Positions 11,142-21,418 of a DNA stretch of 64,000 nucleotides are shown piece after piece. The first letter of the stretch is position 1; each line of letters begins with the position of its first letter. The translations under genes and the position numbers were made by a program. The stretch is from Eukaryota sp. TZLM1-RC (lineage: Eukaryota; Protista; Metamonada: BaSk clade): the NCBI GenBank assembly GCA_040285825.1, contig JAUPSS010000007.1, positions 2,330,689 through 2,394,688 of the forward strand, read 5' to 3'. The notes below the pieces were generated by a model, which did not search any database, had not been told where the DNA came from, and saw only the letters and a list, made by a program, of their open reading frames with translations.

Positions 11142-11967
11142 TCATGATGATGGTTTATTTTTTATGCTTTTGTATTATAATGGGTTATCAGTATTATTTC
11201 TTTTTTGTTGAAATTTTGGACATGTTTCATTACTTTTATTTGAATTCATATTTTGTCATTGTTTATAATTTAAATATTTATTCACATTTAAGTATAAACA
11301 AATCTGTAGTTTTTTTCCTTTTCTGATTTTTATCTTATATAGTCGATTAGTAGATTTTCACGTTCCTTACTTTCTTCAAAATTTGACTTATGTGATGATA
11401 GATGCATTTAATAAATCACTTATTTTTTCAATTCCATTAATAAAAGTCTCCATTATTTTTCAAGCAGAGGAATCATTCTTGTTCTTTCCAAATTTCAAAA
11501 TTGTTAGTAATCAGTAATTATGTAATCAACAAAAATCACTCGAACATTTAGTTATGCATTTTTCAATTAGTTGGTAGTAGTAACTTGTATAGTTATGATT
11601 TAGAAATCTTCAAAATTTCAACTCATTTTTTCGAATTCTAAGCAACACGAACTTTGATTTTATTATTGGAAACACCGCCTCAATAATGCTTCATGTTCAA
11701 TATAGAATACAAACAATCAGTTGTGATAGTCTTAAAACTATTTAGAAATTTACATCCTAGTCTTGTAACCTCTCAAAGAAAAATTTGTTTTTCCTTGTTA
11801 CATTTTGAACTCTTTTGTTTTGATCAAGGCAAATTTTTCATTGGTTAGGCTAACCTTGTTTTACCACAATTCAATTCCAAAACCAACGGCAGTATTATAC
11901 TAATGAATTTTTGAAGGCAACTTCTCATTTTACGTATAATTAATCAAAATAGAATACTATTTTGTAT

Positions 11968-13301
11968 CTTTTTGAAAATGGATAAGATTAAAAACACTAA
12001 ACTTTATTCAGACAATTCAAAGTACATCATGTCTAGAATCGAGACATATGGAATAACAGTAAGTTTCATTCAATCTAGAATGGACTTGAAAAAGTACAAA
12101 GTAACTGCAAAAGAATTGAAAGATAAAGAAAAATATATTGATGACCCCGGCATTAGCTTCTCAATTTCAAGATATGACCATAGCTGCTGCTGACCCAGGG
12201 AAATCTGATCTACTCTATTTTTCTGCCAATTTGGCTACTGGAATTGCTCATTCAGAAAAACCTGAGAGAGATAAATATCTTCATTTAGGTACACTCAAAA
12301 TCAACGAGGATTTGAGTCAAAAAGTCATAATTCAAAAGAATAAGAGACAGCATATGGAATGACACTCTTATTACAATAAGTAACTCTACTGGTAAAGTGA
12401 TTGATCTATCCAATGATGAACCATCTGAAGAGCAACAACAAAAGATGGATTTAAACAGCAGTATAATTAATCAAATGACTGAAAGAACAATTAGTTTATT
12501 AAGAGAAAAAGTACCTCAAGAAATCAATATTCCCCACGAAATTGATTACTCATTCAATTTGAGAAATAATGAACATAAAACTAAATCTGTAGCAGAATGG
12601 GAAGCAACTTTATCCCAATTCAATTCCAAAAGCTGTAGGTTTGATAGATTTATGGAGTATATCAAACAAAAGAATTTTGTGAATAGCATTGTTGGTGAAG
12701 TCTATCATCAAAAAATATTTAGGAAACTAAGATGGCGGGCTGAGATTAATCGCATAAGATCCGAGGCAAAAATGATTCAGAGATTCAAATCAGTGATTGG
12801 TAATCGAGGTCAAGTAGTTGCTGGAATTGGAGAATGGGAACAACGAAACCACATGATATTAAAAGAACCTACCAAGGGAAAAGGTTTGAGAATTCTATTT
12901 AAAAAGGCTGGTTATAAGGTCTTTTTGATTGATGAGTTTCGAAGCAGTTGATGTTGTTTTAACTGAAAGAAAGCGGAGAAAACAGTTGAAACGTTGCGCT
13001 GGTGCAGAAATCCTAGGCCATGGAAGAGGCATGAGATGTCTATTCGTCACCGGCTTACCATGTGTAAATCATGCGAAACTTTGTGGAATAGAGATCGAAA
13101 TGCTTCGCTGAATATGTTGGCAGTGATGGAAGCACATGTAAAAGGTGGAGACAGACCGGAATACCTGCAGAGAGCCAAGGTTGACAAAGATTCAAAGAAA
13201 AAGGTACCAAGAAGAAAATCTTCCACTTCTCAAAAACTCAGTCCCTCTACATTGGTGTAAAAAGGACACTTATTTCATTGTTATAGACAATATCTGTTTC
13301 A
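11968..13301 (+). mobile_element. Fanzor1 (TnpB-like RNA-guided nuclease) element, family A copy 1; 5'-truncated, frameshifted
   Basis: RuvC-I AAADPGKSDLLYF; VAGIGEW..EPTKGKGLR; RuvC-II FLIDEFRSS; Zn-finger CKSC; RuvC-III WNRDRNASLNM; RPEYLQR; ends at ATG of gene 13302. Confidence 0.9.
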
Positions 13302-15707
13302 ATGAGCTGGCATGACACCATAACATCTATCTTGAACTCAACATCGTCCAACTTACATGATAAAAGGAACCTATCTTCAAATATGTCTCCTGCCCTACTG
13401 CGGAAAACCCTTTCTTCAACTTACTCAGCTTCACGACTTTCCACAACACAAACTGCACAGTCTCCTGCTAATTCTGAATGGGCAACCCGTACAATACCAT
13501 CCACTTCCCATAACCCTTCATCAACTGCTGATCTACGTCTAGCTGAATGCACTTCCCATTTAGAACGTCTTTATGAACATTTTGACAGCCATCAAAGCTC
13601 AATGGATACGGAACTTGAAGCTATCCGACATTTGATTCATGATTCTGTAACTAACCTACGAACAGAATTTAGTCCACTCAAATCTGTGGTTCTAGATAGC
13701 TCAGAAATATCCAGACTTTCTCGAGAAGTCCAGAACCTAAACTCTAGAATGGACTCCCTCTCTAAAACCGTCACTTCTTCACTCTCCCAACTGTCTAATC
13801 TTTCCAGTAGGTTCTCACACGGTGATTTGCCTGCACTAGGTCCATTACGAGACGAGATTGCTCAACTCAATGAAAAGGTCATAAGTAGAAGCTCAGAATT
13901 GGAGACTAGACAGGAAAGAGTCGAGAATCAGGTTGAAAAATTATCAGAAGTAGATAGTAGGATCGAACAGACTGTGGAAGTCTTGAGAAGTCAATTGACC
14001 GATGAATTGGGTTCTTGTTATGAATCTTTTAATACTAGAATTACTAAGGAAGTTGATGATTTGAATGGGTTTATCACTGAAAATTTGAGCAGATTTGAGG
14101 AAAATTTGGCAAAAAATAATTCAGATCAGGTGGAACTCACCTCAAATATTCATGATGTCAGAGGTAAACTTAATACTTTGGAATCAGACTCCACTCAAAA
14201 TGTTGAAAATTTATACAGGTTAATGGAGAAAAATCAATTTGAAGTCAAGGAGAATCTGCAAGACCTCAACTCTTCTGTTCAAAATATAACTCATCTTTCA
14301 CAAGAAATAAAACGACTCGAATCAGAATTCAAACAAAGTCAATCTGATTTTGAACTTTTTCAATCATCTGTGAGTGATAAGTTAAACGTCAATCAAACGT
14401 TAGACCAAATATCAAAAAGAATTGATGGTCATGATAACCTTCTCAGTCAGTTAAGTGAAAGAATTGCAAACCCACCTGATACATTTTCTTCAATCATTAA
14501 AAGAATTAATAATTTAAGTTCCGAAGTGGAAGGTATTAAGCGAAGTGACGATCAATTTGACTACCAATCAGATCACAATCAGTCACGTGAACACTTTAAA
14601 CCATCAAATATTCAATCAAATATTCAATCAAGTTCCGATCCGAGTATTGATGAGGATGTAACTGATAATTCCAAACCAATCAAATCATTTAATCATAATG
14701 ACAATGATGACGTCTCCAGCTCAAAAAGTACCAAGAATTCTGAGCTTGGGGAGGAATTCAGTCTCGATCATTTTGGTGGCGGTTCTAATTCTGATGTCAA
14801 TACAATCAGTGAGTCTGACTCTTCAATCAATCAAAATGATAATCAGGAGATCAATCAACTTGTCGAAGATGATGTCGAATCAGTTAAAAACAGTCCAGAA
14901 CGTCCCACATCTCCTGTAACTGAATCTGACTCTTTTAATGACTCTTTAGAACAACTTGAGTTCTCAAAGGAAAAGAAAAAAGAAAAGGAATTGGTGGACA
15001 AGGATTCAGAAGTTCAACATTCATCCAATCAAAATGAAGATCCAAATGATTTGTCAATTGATAGTATTTTTGATAAGAGTTTTAGCTCGTTAGACTCTAG
15101 TTTTGAAGATGAAAAATTAACAAAATTCAAAGAAAATCCCAATGATGACGTGGCACATGATCAAAAAGAAACAAAAGTCAAAGAAAATCCCAATGATGAC
15201 GTGGCACATGATCAAAAAGAAACAAAAGTCAAAGAAAATCCCAATGATGACGTGGCACATGATCAAAATGATAGTGAAAATGATTGGTTGGACGAAGCTC
15301 TCAAAGATTTTTCAGATTCAAGCCTCGAAGTTTCTATGGATGTCAAGCCAAGTCCCAGAGAACAGATCAAAACTACGTCATCAGGTCAAAAAGACCACGT
15401 GACAGAGCCTAAAAAGAGTGCACTTTCTGAGTTTGATTTGTCTGATATCTCGGATATTTCTTTTTCCTTATCACCCAATAAAAAAACGAAGAGTGATTCC
15501 GATTCTGATTTTGAAACCAAATCTGAACCGAACAATTTCAAATTTAATTTTAATTCTTTGAATAAAACCACTAGAATTAAAGATCCAGATCCCCCAACCC
15601 CTCTAAGAACTGCCCCTTTTGCTATTCCAAAGGCAACTGATTTCAGTGATGATGAGCTTGATAACCTGCAAGATTTGGATGATGAAAGTTCGTTTGATTT
15701 TGATTGA
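13302..15707 (+). CDS. Hypothetical coiled-coil protein with acidic Ser/Asp-rich C-terminal half (801 aa)
   Basis: Long uninterrupted ORF, heptad-rich aa ~80-420, low-complexity tail. Confidence 0.8.
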   Translation: MSWHDTITSILNSTSSNLHDKRNLSSNMSPALLRKTLSSTYSASRLSTTQTAQSPANSEWATRTIPSTSHNPSSTADLRLAECTSHLERLYEHFDSHQSSMDTELEAIRHLIHDSVTNLRTEFSPLKSVVLDSSEISRLSREVQNLNSRMDSLSKTVTSSLSQLSNLSSRFSHGDLPALGPLRDEIAQLNEKVISRSSELETRQERVENQVEKLSEVDSRIEQTVEVLRSQLTDELGSCYESFNTRITKEVDDLNGFITENLSRFEENLAKNNSDQVELTSNIHDVRGKLNTLESDSTQNVENLYRLMEKNQFEVKENLQDLNSSVQNITHLSQEIKRLESEFKQSQSDFELFQSSVSDKLNVNQTLDQISKRIDGHDNLLSQLSERIANPPDTFSSIIKRINNLSSEVEGIKRSDDQFDYQSDHNQSREHFKPSNIQSNIQSSSDPSIDEDVTDNSKPIKSFNHNDNDDVSSSKSTKNSELGEEFSLDHFGGGSNSDVNTISESDSSINQNDNQEINQLVEDDVESVKNSPERPTSPVTESDSFNDSLEQLEFSKEKKKEKELVDKDSEVQHSSNQNEDPNDLSIDSIFDKSFSSLDSSFEDEKLTKFKENPNDDVAHDQKETKVKENPNDDVAHDQKETKVKENPNDDVAHDQNDSENDWLDEALKDFSDSSLEVSMDVKPSPREQIKTTSSGQKDHVTEPKKSALSEFDLSDISDISFSLSPNKKTKSDSDSDFETKSEPNNFKFNFNSLNKTTRIKDPDPPTPLRTAPFAIPKATDFSDDELDNLQDLDDESSFDFD
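15121..15268 (+). repeat. 51-nt coding tandem repeat, about 2.8 copies (KENPNDDVAHDQKETKV)
   Basis: Units start at 15129, 15180 and 15231 and are identical. Confidence 0.95.
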
Positions 15708-16359
15708 TTGGTTTTTTGATTGGCATTCTGATTGTCTACTATTATTTGTATTATATTTTCAATAAAGTTATTAATTTGTCATTATTTATTTCTTGTTTAC
15801 AGATTCGAATGCTTATCTGGAGTGTTGAACGGGTCCTTCTTCACTCTTTTCAGTATTCCATTTGTTTGTTTGGTTTTTTGTTGCAAAATCTGTTGCAAAG
15901 CAAGACGGTTGTTTTCACGAAGCATCAGAGTTATAAAACCATGTTTAAGGGAACAAATCGACAATAAATTTGAAGCAGTTTTTGCAGATTGATCTGTGGG
16001 GTGTACCACCCATTTCACCAATACACTTGGTCCAAACTACCAGATGTTGTCAATCAGTTATTAATTTTCAATTATTAGTTTTATGAAAATAAAACTTCCA
16101 GACAATTCTTTTTCACTAATTTCAGGTATAAAGAAATAAAATATGGAATAATAAGTTTGTTTCTCATTGGAATAGATAAATTTGTCACAGAAAAAATATA
16201 ATAAAATGTAAACTTTCAAAAATAATCACTTGCCGCAGCCAGCAAAGCAAGAGCTTTTGAGGTAAAATGAATTTTGCATTTTTCTATATCTATCACAAGA
16301 TGGGCATCAATAAGTTTGTATTTTGCAAAAAGACCATTTTGTTTAACCTACAACATTGG

Positions 16360-18080
16360 ATGATTTTGTTTTTCAACAAGGAATTCAACATCTGACTTCA
16401 CTGAAAATGATTGCATATATGGATGACGTTGTTCTTATAGGTGACTTAAAGATTGTTAGAGAAGCAATTGTATGTTTTAAAGAATTAACAAAATTGGCTT
16501 TCGACCTAACTTACTTAAATGTGTTTTACTTTCGAATTTCCCAGTTTCTACTATAGTTCATGGTATTGAAATTCAAGCCAAATTATATTCAACTGATGCT
16601 ATTCGTCATTTGGGTTCGTTTTTAGGAAATAATGAGCAAGTTACCAAAGAATTGTTTGAAATGTTGAACTCAATTTCCGAAAAAATTTACCAACTCATGA
16701 AATTGGATATACAGAAACTTGTCAAATTTTATGTTTTAATTCCAGCTTTAATCATATATTTCGATCAACAAATCCTCTCATCACTAGGCCTTTGGCTCAA
16801 AAGTTTAATGTAATGAATTACGTGCACAATTAGTCTTGTCACAATTACTAGGATGTAAAATAATCCAAATTCTCGATCATGCTTATCTTAGTCCACATTA
16901 TGGCGGTTTAGGTTGGACAAAGGCTTCTATTCTTACTTCATGTGCTTTTATTGGTGGATGTAGATATGTAATTTTTGAGTGTTCTGAAAGATTTGCCGAT
17001 TGGGAAGATTTATTAATGCCAACGCAAATTTCTACTATTTTTGCATTAACTGAAGAAATTTCAAAAATTGATGTAAAAAAACGGTGTCGATGCTTTCCCC
17101 AATCATTCAATGGTAATATTCCGGAAAAGAATTTTTTAAATTTAAAATACACTCTTCGAACATTGCAGAAACGATTGACTGGAATGTATGAAAATGATCT
17201 TGATAATAATATAAGCAGCTCGGCTGTTTTAAATCAAGATCTTCACTCATTGTTATTGGAAAAGGGTGTTTGTGAAAATCAGTCGTCAGATTCTTCACTT
17301 TTTGTAACCATTGTACCACGAAGATTTGGACTGTGTGCTACTAATGAAGCTTTTGTAACAAAAATGAGATTATATTTGAATATCCCCATTAATCAATTAT
17401 TATCAAAAGAAAGGTGTATTTGTTCGGATTCACCACAGCTCACTTTGCGTCATGCTCTAAATTGTTCGAAGTTGATATCTTATAGTTCTTCATTACATGA
17501 TGCTGTTGGAGACACTGTTTTTGATTTGGCACGAACTGCAAGATTATCGTGTATCAAAGAGCCTCTGCTGAAGGAAACACTGTCTCCAAATAATTTTGGT
17601 TCTGATGATGGAGGTGATGTATACTGTGATTGGATTGATAACTTGGAAGCTATTGTTGATTTGTCTCATGTAATGTTGCAAATGACACTTTGGTTCACAG
17701 AAGAAAACTTAATCTTGTAAGTGCTCTTGAATTTGAAGCAAAAGAAAAAAAATAGAAAATATGACAAAGATATCGAAGAAGCTAATGCTGGTAGAAATAC
17801 ACAAAAAGTTTTTATTACTTTCCCATTTTCGATAAACGGAAGACTATCAGTAGAAGCAGGAACATTTTTGAATTATTTCCAAAAAATGGTTTAAGAAACA
17901 ACAAAGAAAATATTTGATATTTTTTTAGGGCGCTCTCGAATTCAATTTGCCATTATTAAGAAATTGCCACAGTTTTTCAATCGAATTAGAGAAGGTTTAG
18001 CTAGACAGCAAGCAGATCAAGATTTTGTAGAGGAAATCTTGGTTACATGAATTTCGTTTCATTAGTTATGAGTACATTTT
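16360..18080 (+). mobile_element. Decayed CRE-like non-LTR retrotransposon, same family as 54748-58050
   Basis: MIAYMDDVVLIG (RT), CICSDS..RHALNC, GDVYCDW; clear similarity to 54792..56700. Confidence 0.9.
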
Positions 18081-18273
18081 GTTAAGATGTGGAAGCTTAA
18101 TAAATTATCCACACCTGAATCATTTCCAATCAATATATGTGAGGATCATTCATCTTCAAAGTGTGAATCAAAGTTGAAACTTTTTGATTTGTTTTATGAA
18201 ATGTATTTATAAAGTAGTGCAAGAGAGTTATCAAGATATTTACACACTATTTGATACAATAGCACAACCAAAC

Positions 18274-21200
18274 TCACACACTAGCCAAAACAATAACCAA
18301 GACTGTCAGGAAAAAAGTTACGTCCCGAACCCTGGCAATATTGTATCTGAATGGAACAAACTTGAGAAAACATAAACAACATTGCAAGACAAGATACCAG
18401 GTTTTGGATAAGCCGCTGCACAATATCAAAATGCAGATAATACCAACATCTACTGCTTGAATTAACAAAGCAGAAGCATCAACTGCGAAATTAAAAAACA
18501 CAACAACAACAGAGGAAATCAAAATGAGAAAGGTGACAGCGGAAACAATGAACTCGTCAAAAGCCATTTCACGAATGTGAGAATTGTAAAATATTGAAAT
18601 ATATATTAAAAAATGTAAAGGATAAGATTCGGAAGATTGGTTCAAACTTCGATAAGTCGAATGGTTATTAAACATGATGTGGATGAATGCCAGCACCAGA
18701 GGAACCATTAATATAAAACAAAATGCATATTTGAACCTAAATAATGCTGCCACCATTGAATAAGGAATAGTCATTAGGGAGATATCACCCACAAACAAAA
18801 TAGAAATAATTGACATAAACCAATAGCGTTGAAGGAAAAGTCGAAATTTTACTTTCTTCAGAATTTGCCAGAATATTGTATCTACTATAAAGAAAATGAA
18901 GGCTGCAATACCAAAAAGCTTTGTTCTGATGCTAGGTTTCACACAAATAAAGCCAAACCTGGTACTTCCCTCCACACATTCGTTACACAAGGCCCCTTGA
19001 GTGTTGAATCTGCACTTATTTTTAAAGCAAGTGATTGCATGGGGACATGCTTCAACAACACTGGTCTCAGAGTTGTACCTGTAGCCAAGTCTAAGTGATA
19101 CTAAGGAGCCGTTTCTGCATTTGCCTAATCTTGGACAATCCTTGACACCATGTCTTGAACGTATAACAGAAGATGGCCAACGACAATCATTAACACTTGT
19201 TGATGCTTCTGGACTAGTGGTACCCTCAGTAGGACACTTTTTACATTCAAAAGTTGGAAATCTCTCTGCATAATATCCTGCTGAACAAGGCTTACATTGG
19301 CCAGATTTCTCCAGTATATGTCCTTTGTGACAATAACAAGAATTGCCGAGTTTAAAACGATTTGGAGGACAATCATTGATGACAAAGGTTTGAGCTGAAC
19401 TAATGTCGTTATAGCTTATATCGACATTTACGTTCTTCAGCAAAGGTGCGACTACCTCCAAATGAGTTGAATTTAAAACAGAAACCTCTGCACTATTTGA
19501 ATAAACAGTGACTTCATGCAGATCAACAACATCTTTACGTTCGGTAAAGGCATCGGAAGTCGTAATCACAAGTTTTAACTCAAAGACCGAACAGCTATTG
19601 TAGAAGAAATTGCTTCTGGTACAATTGTTTGAAGACACTATATCAACATTCAATTGGGATGACGTTGGTCGAAATTCGAATCCGCGAGTTGTGGAGTCAT
19701 TCAGTTTTATTTCTATAAAACTATGTCCTAATGAAATAATTAAATCTTGATTATTAGCAACAAAATTAACAACAGAATCCCTGGAAGGTACAGCATGGTT
19801 ATTTTGCATAAATTCAAGCAATAAAGCAAGAATTATTTCGTCACTATCAAAACTAGAATCTTCAATGGCATGGTCACACTGCACAACTTGGCTTGATGTA
19901 CCCTGATGTTGAGAATTAAAGCTGCTGCAAGTGAACAGTAACGCCATAACAATCAACAAGAAAAGGAAGCTGACGATAGAGAAAAAAATGAGCTTCGTTT
20001 TTGCATATTTTGACTCCAACTCAATTATTTGATTTTCAAGGTCTATTTTATCTTCAATGGCTCTGCTTGCTTCTGCTTGTTTGATTCTCAATTCCTTCAT
20101 CATTGCCTTGAGTGAACGATTCAATTCACGATTTTTAGCAGTTTCAGTATTCAACAAAACCTTTTGGCTATCCAATAGCCTTTGATTGGCATTTTTGCTA
20201 GTCTTGAGGGAATTAATTGAAATTGCTTGTTTGGAGTTTGATTCGACGACTGACTGATGAAGACGTTCAAGTTCTTCATACTTCTTCTGCAATTGCTCCA
20301 ATTGCTCCACGGTTCTTGATAATTCAGTACAGCAACGCTCGTGCTCAGTCAACAATAACAAAAGCTGATTGTTGATTAAATCCTTTTCTTCTTTAAGGTT
20401 GGTGAAATTATTTTCATTTTCTCTTAATTGTGCACTCAAACATCGTAATTGTTGACCTTTCTGCTCAAGTTCGTCGCGCAAAATATCCATCTGGTGGTGG
20501 TCATTACTGATATTGACCTCATTATCATGAACTAACTCTGATGAACGAAAACTGCTTTCCAAATCATTCAAAACAGAGAGAATGGCTTCAATACTGGGAC
20601 GACTGTGAGGATCTTTAGAAAGGCATTGGTGAATGACCTCCCCCAGTGCGTCCGGTGTATTTTGAGGTATGTCAGGTAGTTTATTCCGAAATTTGGAGAA
20701 ACACAATGCATGTTGACTAAGACCTTTGTAAGCAAGATTGTCAGTTAGCAGTTCATACAAAATAAGACCAAGAGAATACACATCAGACTCAGCCGTTGCT
20801 ATGCCATCAACTTCGCATTGTTCAGGTGCGGCATACTTCAAGGTGATAGCTTGAGGATGGATTGTTGTGGTTGAAGAAATGACTCTAGACGTACCAAAAT
20901 CTCCTATTCGAATGGAATTATTGACTAAAAGGATATTATCTGGTTTCAAGTCACCATGAACAATGTCCCGAGAATGTATGGAGTTTAGAGCCTGGCATAT
21001 GTCGATCGCGGTGCACAGTGATTGTAGAGACATGGGTGATGGTACTTCAAGAGAGGAAGTGGCACGCTCCATCACAATGCCGATCTGACCATCTATGCGA
21101 ACGATACCAAAAACCCGAAGAACACGAGGACTATTGGCTCGAATAAGTAACTTGACCTCCTTTAGAAGCAAAGTTTCCCGTTCATCAGTAAAATCAACAA

Positions 21201-21324
21201 GTTTAACTGCAACATCTACACCATCAAGCTTTGCTGCATGTACACGAGCAAAGCCTCCTTGAGCAATGTACTGTCCAAGGTTAAGAGCAGAAGGACTAAT
21301 GACCGAAGAGTCGCCGAAAGTCAT
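18274..21324 (-). CDS. TKL-like protein kinase fused to coiled coil, TM helix, Cys-rich ectodomain and multi-TM C-terminus (1016 aa)
   Basis: IAQGGFARV, VAVK, HGDLKPDN, GDFG, YAAPE; TM LIFFSIVSFLFLLIVMALLF; CKPCSAGYY..CKKCP repeats; several hydrophobic segments at the end. Confidence 0.9.
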   Translation of the reverse strand: MTFGDSSVISPSALNLGQYIAQGGFARVHAAKLDGVDVAVKLVDFTDERETLLLKEVKLLIRANSPRVLRVFGIVRIDGQIGIVMERATSSLEVPSPMSLQSLCTAIDICQALNSIHSRDIVHGDLKPDNILLVNNSIRIGDFGTSRVISSTTTIHPQAITLKYAAPEQCEVDGIATAESDVYSLGLILYELLTDNLAYKGLSQHALCFSKFRNKLPDIPQNTPDALGEVIHQCLSKDPHSRPSIEAILSVLNDLESSFRSSELVHDNEVNISNDHHQMDILRDELEQKGQQLRCLSAQLRENENNFTNLKEEKDLINNQLLLLLTEHERCCTELSRTVEQLEQLQKKYEELERLHQSVVESNSKQAISINSLKTSKNANQRLLDSQKVLLNTETAKNRELNRSLKAMMKELRIKQAEASRAIEDKIDLENQIIELESKYAKTKLIFFSIVSFLFLLIVMALLFTCSSFNSQHQGTSSQVVQCDHAIEDSSFDSDEIILALLLEFMQNNHAVPSRDSVVNFVANNQDLIISLGHSFIEIKLNDSTTRGFEFRPTSSQLNVDIVSSNNCTRSNFFYNSCSVFELKLVITTSDAFTERKDVVDLHEVTVYSNSAEVSVLNSTHLEVVAPLLKNVNVDISYNDISSAQTFVINDCPPNRFKLGNSCYCHKGHILEKSGQCKPCSAGYYAERFPTFECKKCPTEGTTSPEASTSVNDCRWPSSVIRSRHGVKDCPRLGKCRNGSLVSLRLGYRYNSETSVVEACPHAITCFKNKCRFNTQGALCNECVEGSTRFGFICVKPSIRTKLFGIAAFIFFIVDTIFWQILKKVKFRLFLQRYWFMSIISILFVGDISLMTIPYSMVAALFRFKYAFCFILMVPLVLAFIHIMFNNHSTYRSLNQSSESYPLHFLIYISIFYNSHIREMAFDEFIVSAVTFLILISSVVVVFFNFAVDASALLIQAVDVGIICILILCSGLSKTWYLVLQCCLCFLKFVPFRYNIARVRDVTFFLTVLVIVLASV

Positions 21325-21418
21325 TGAAACAGATATTGTCTATAAGTTATAAGACTCGAGTGAGACTCAAGTGGAGTTTTCGGCATCTCTATCTATAACA
21401 ATGAAATAAATGTCCTTT
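21325..21418 (-). ncRNA. Candidate Fanzor omegaRNA scaffold / right end (family A)
   Basis: 94 nt between Fanzor stop and host ATG; hairpin CTTGAGT-ctc-ACTCGAG; ATAGATA can pair with TATCTGT; this is where TnpB/Fanzor omegaRNAs are encoded. Confidence 0.55.

Noticed and set aside
12929-12970. TGA codons at Cys positions in Fanzor copy 1 suggesting a variant genetic code
   Set aside because: Copy 2 has TGC/TGT there, host genes use TGA as stop, and the copy is otherwise decayed
15121-15268. 51-nt repeats considered as a CRISPR-like array
   Set aside because: Head-to-tail identical in-frame coding repeats with no spacers
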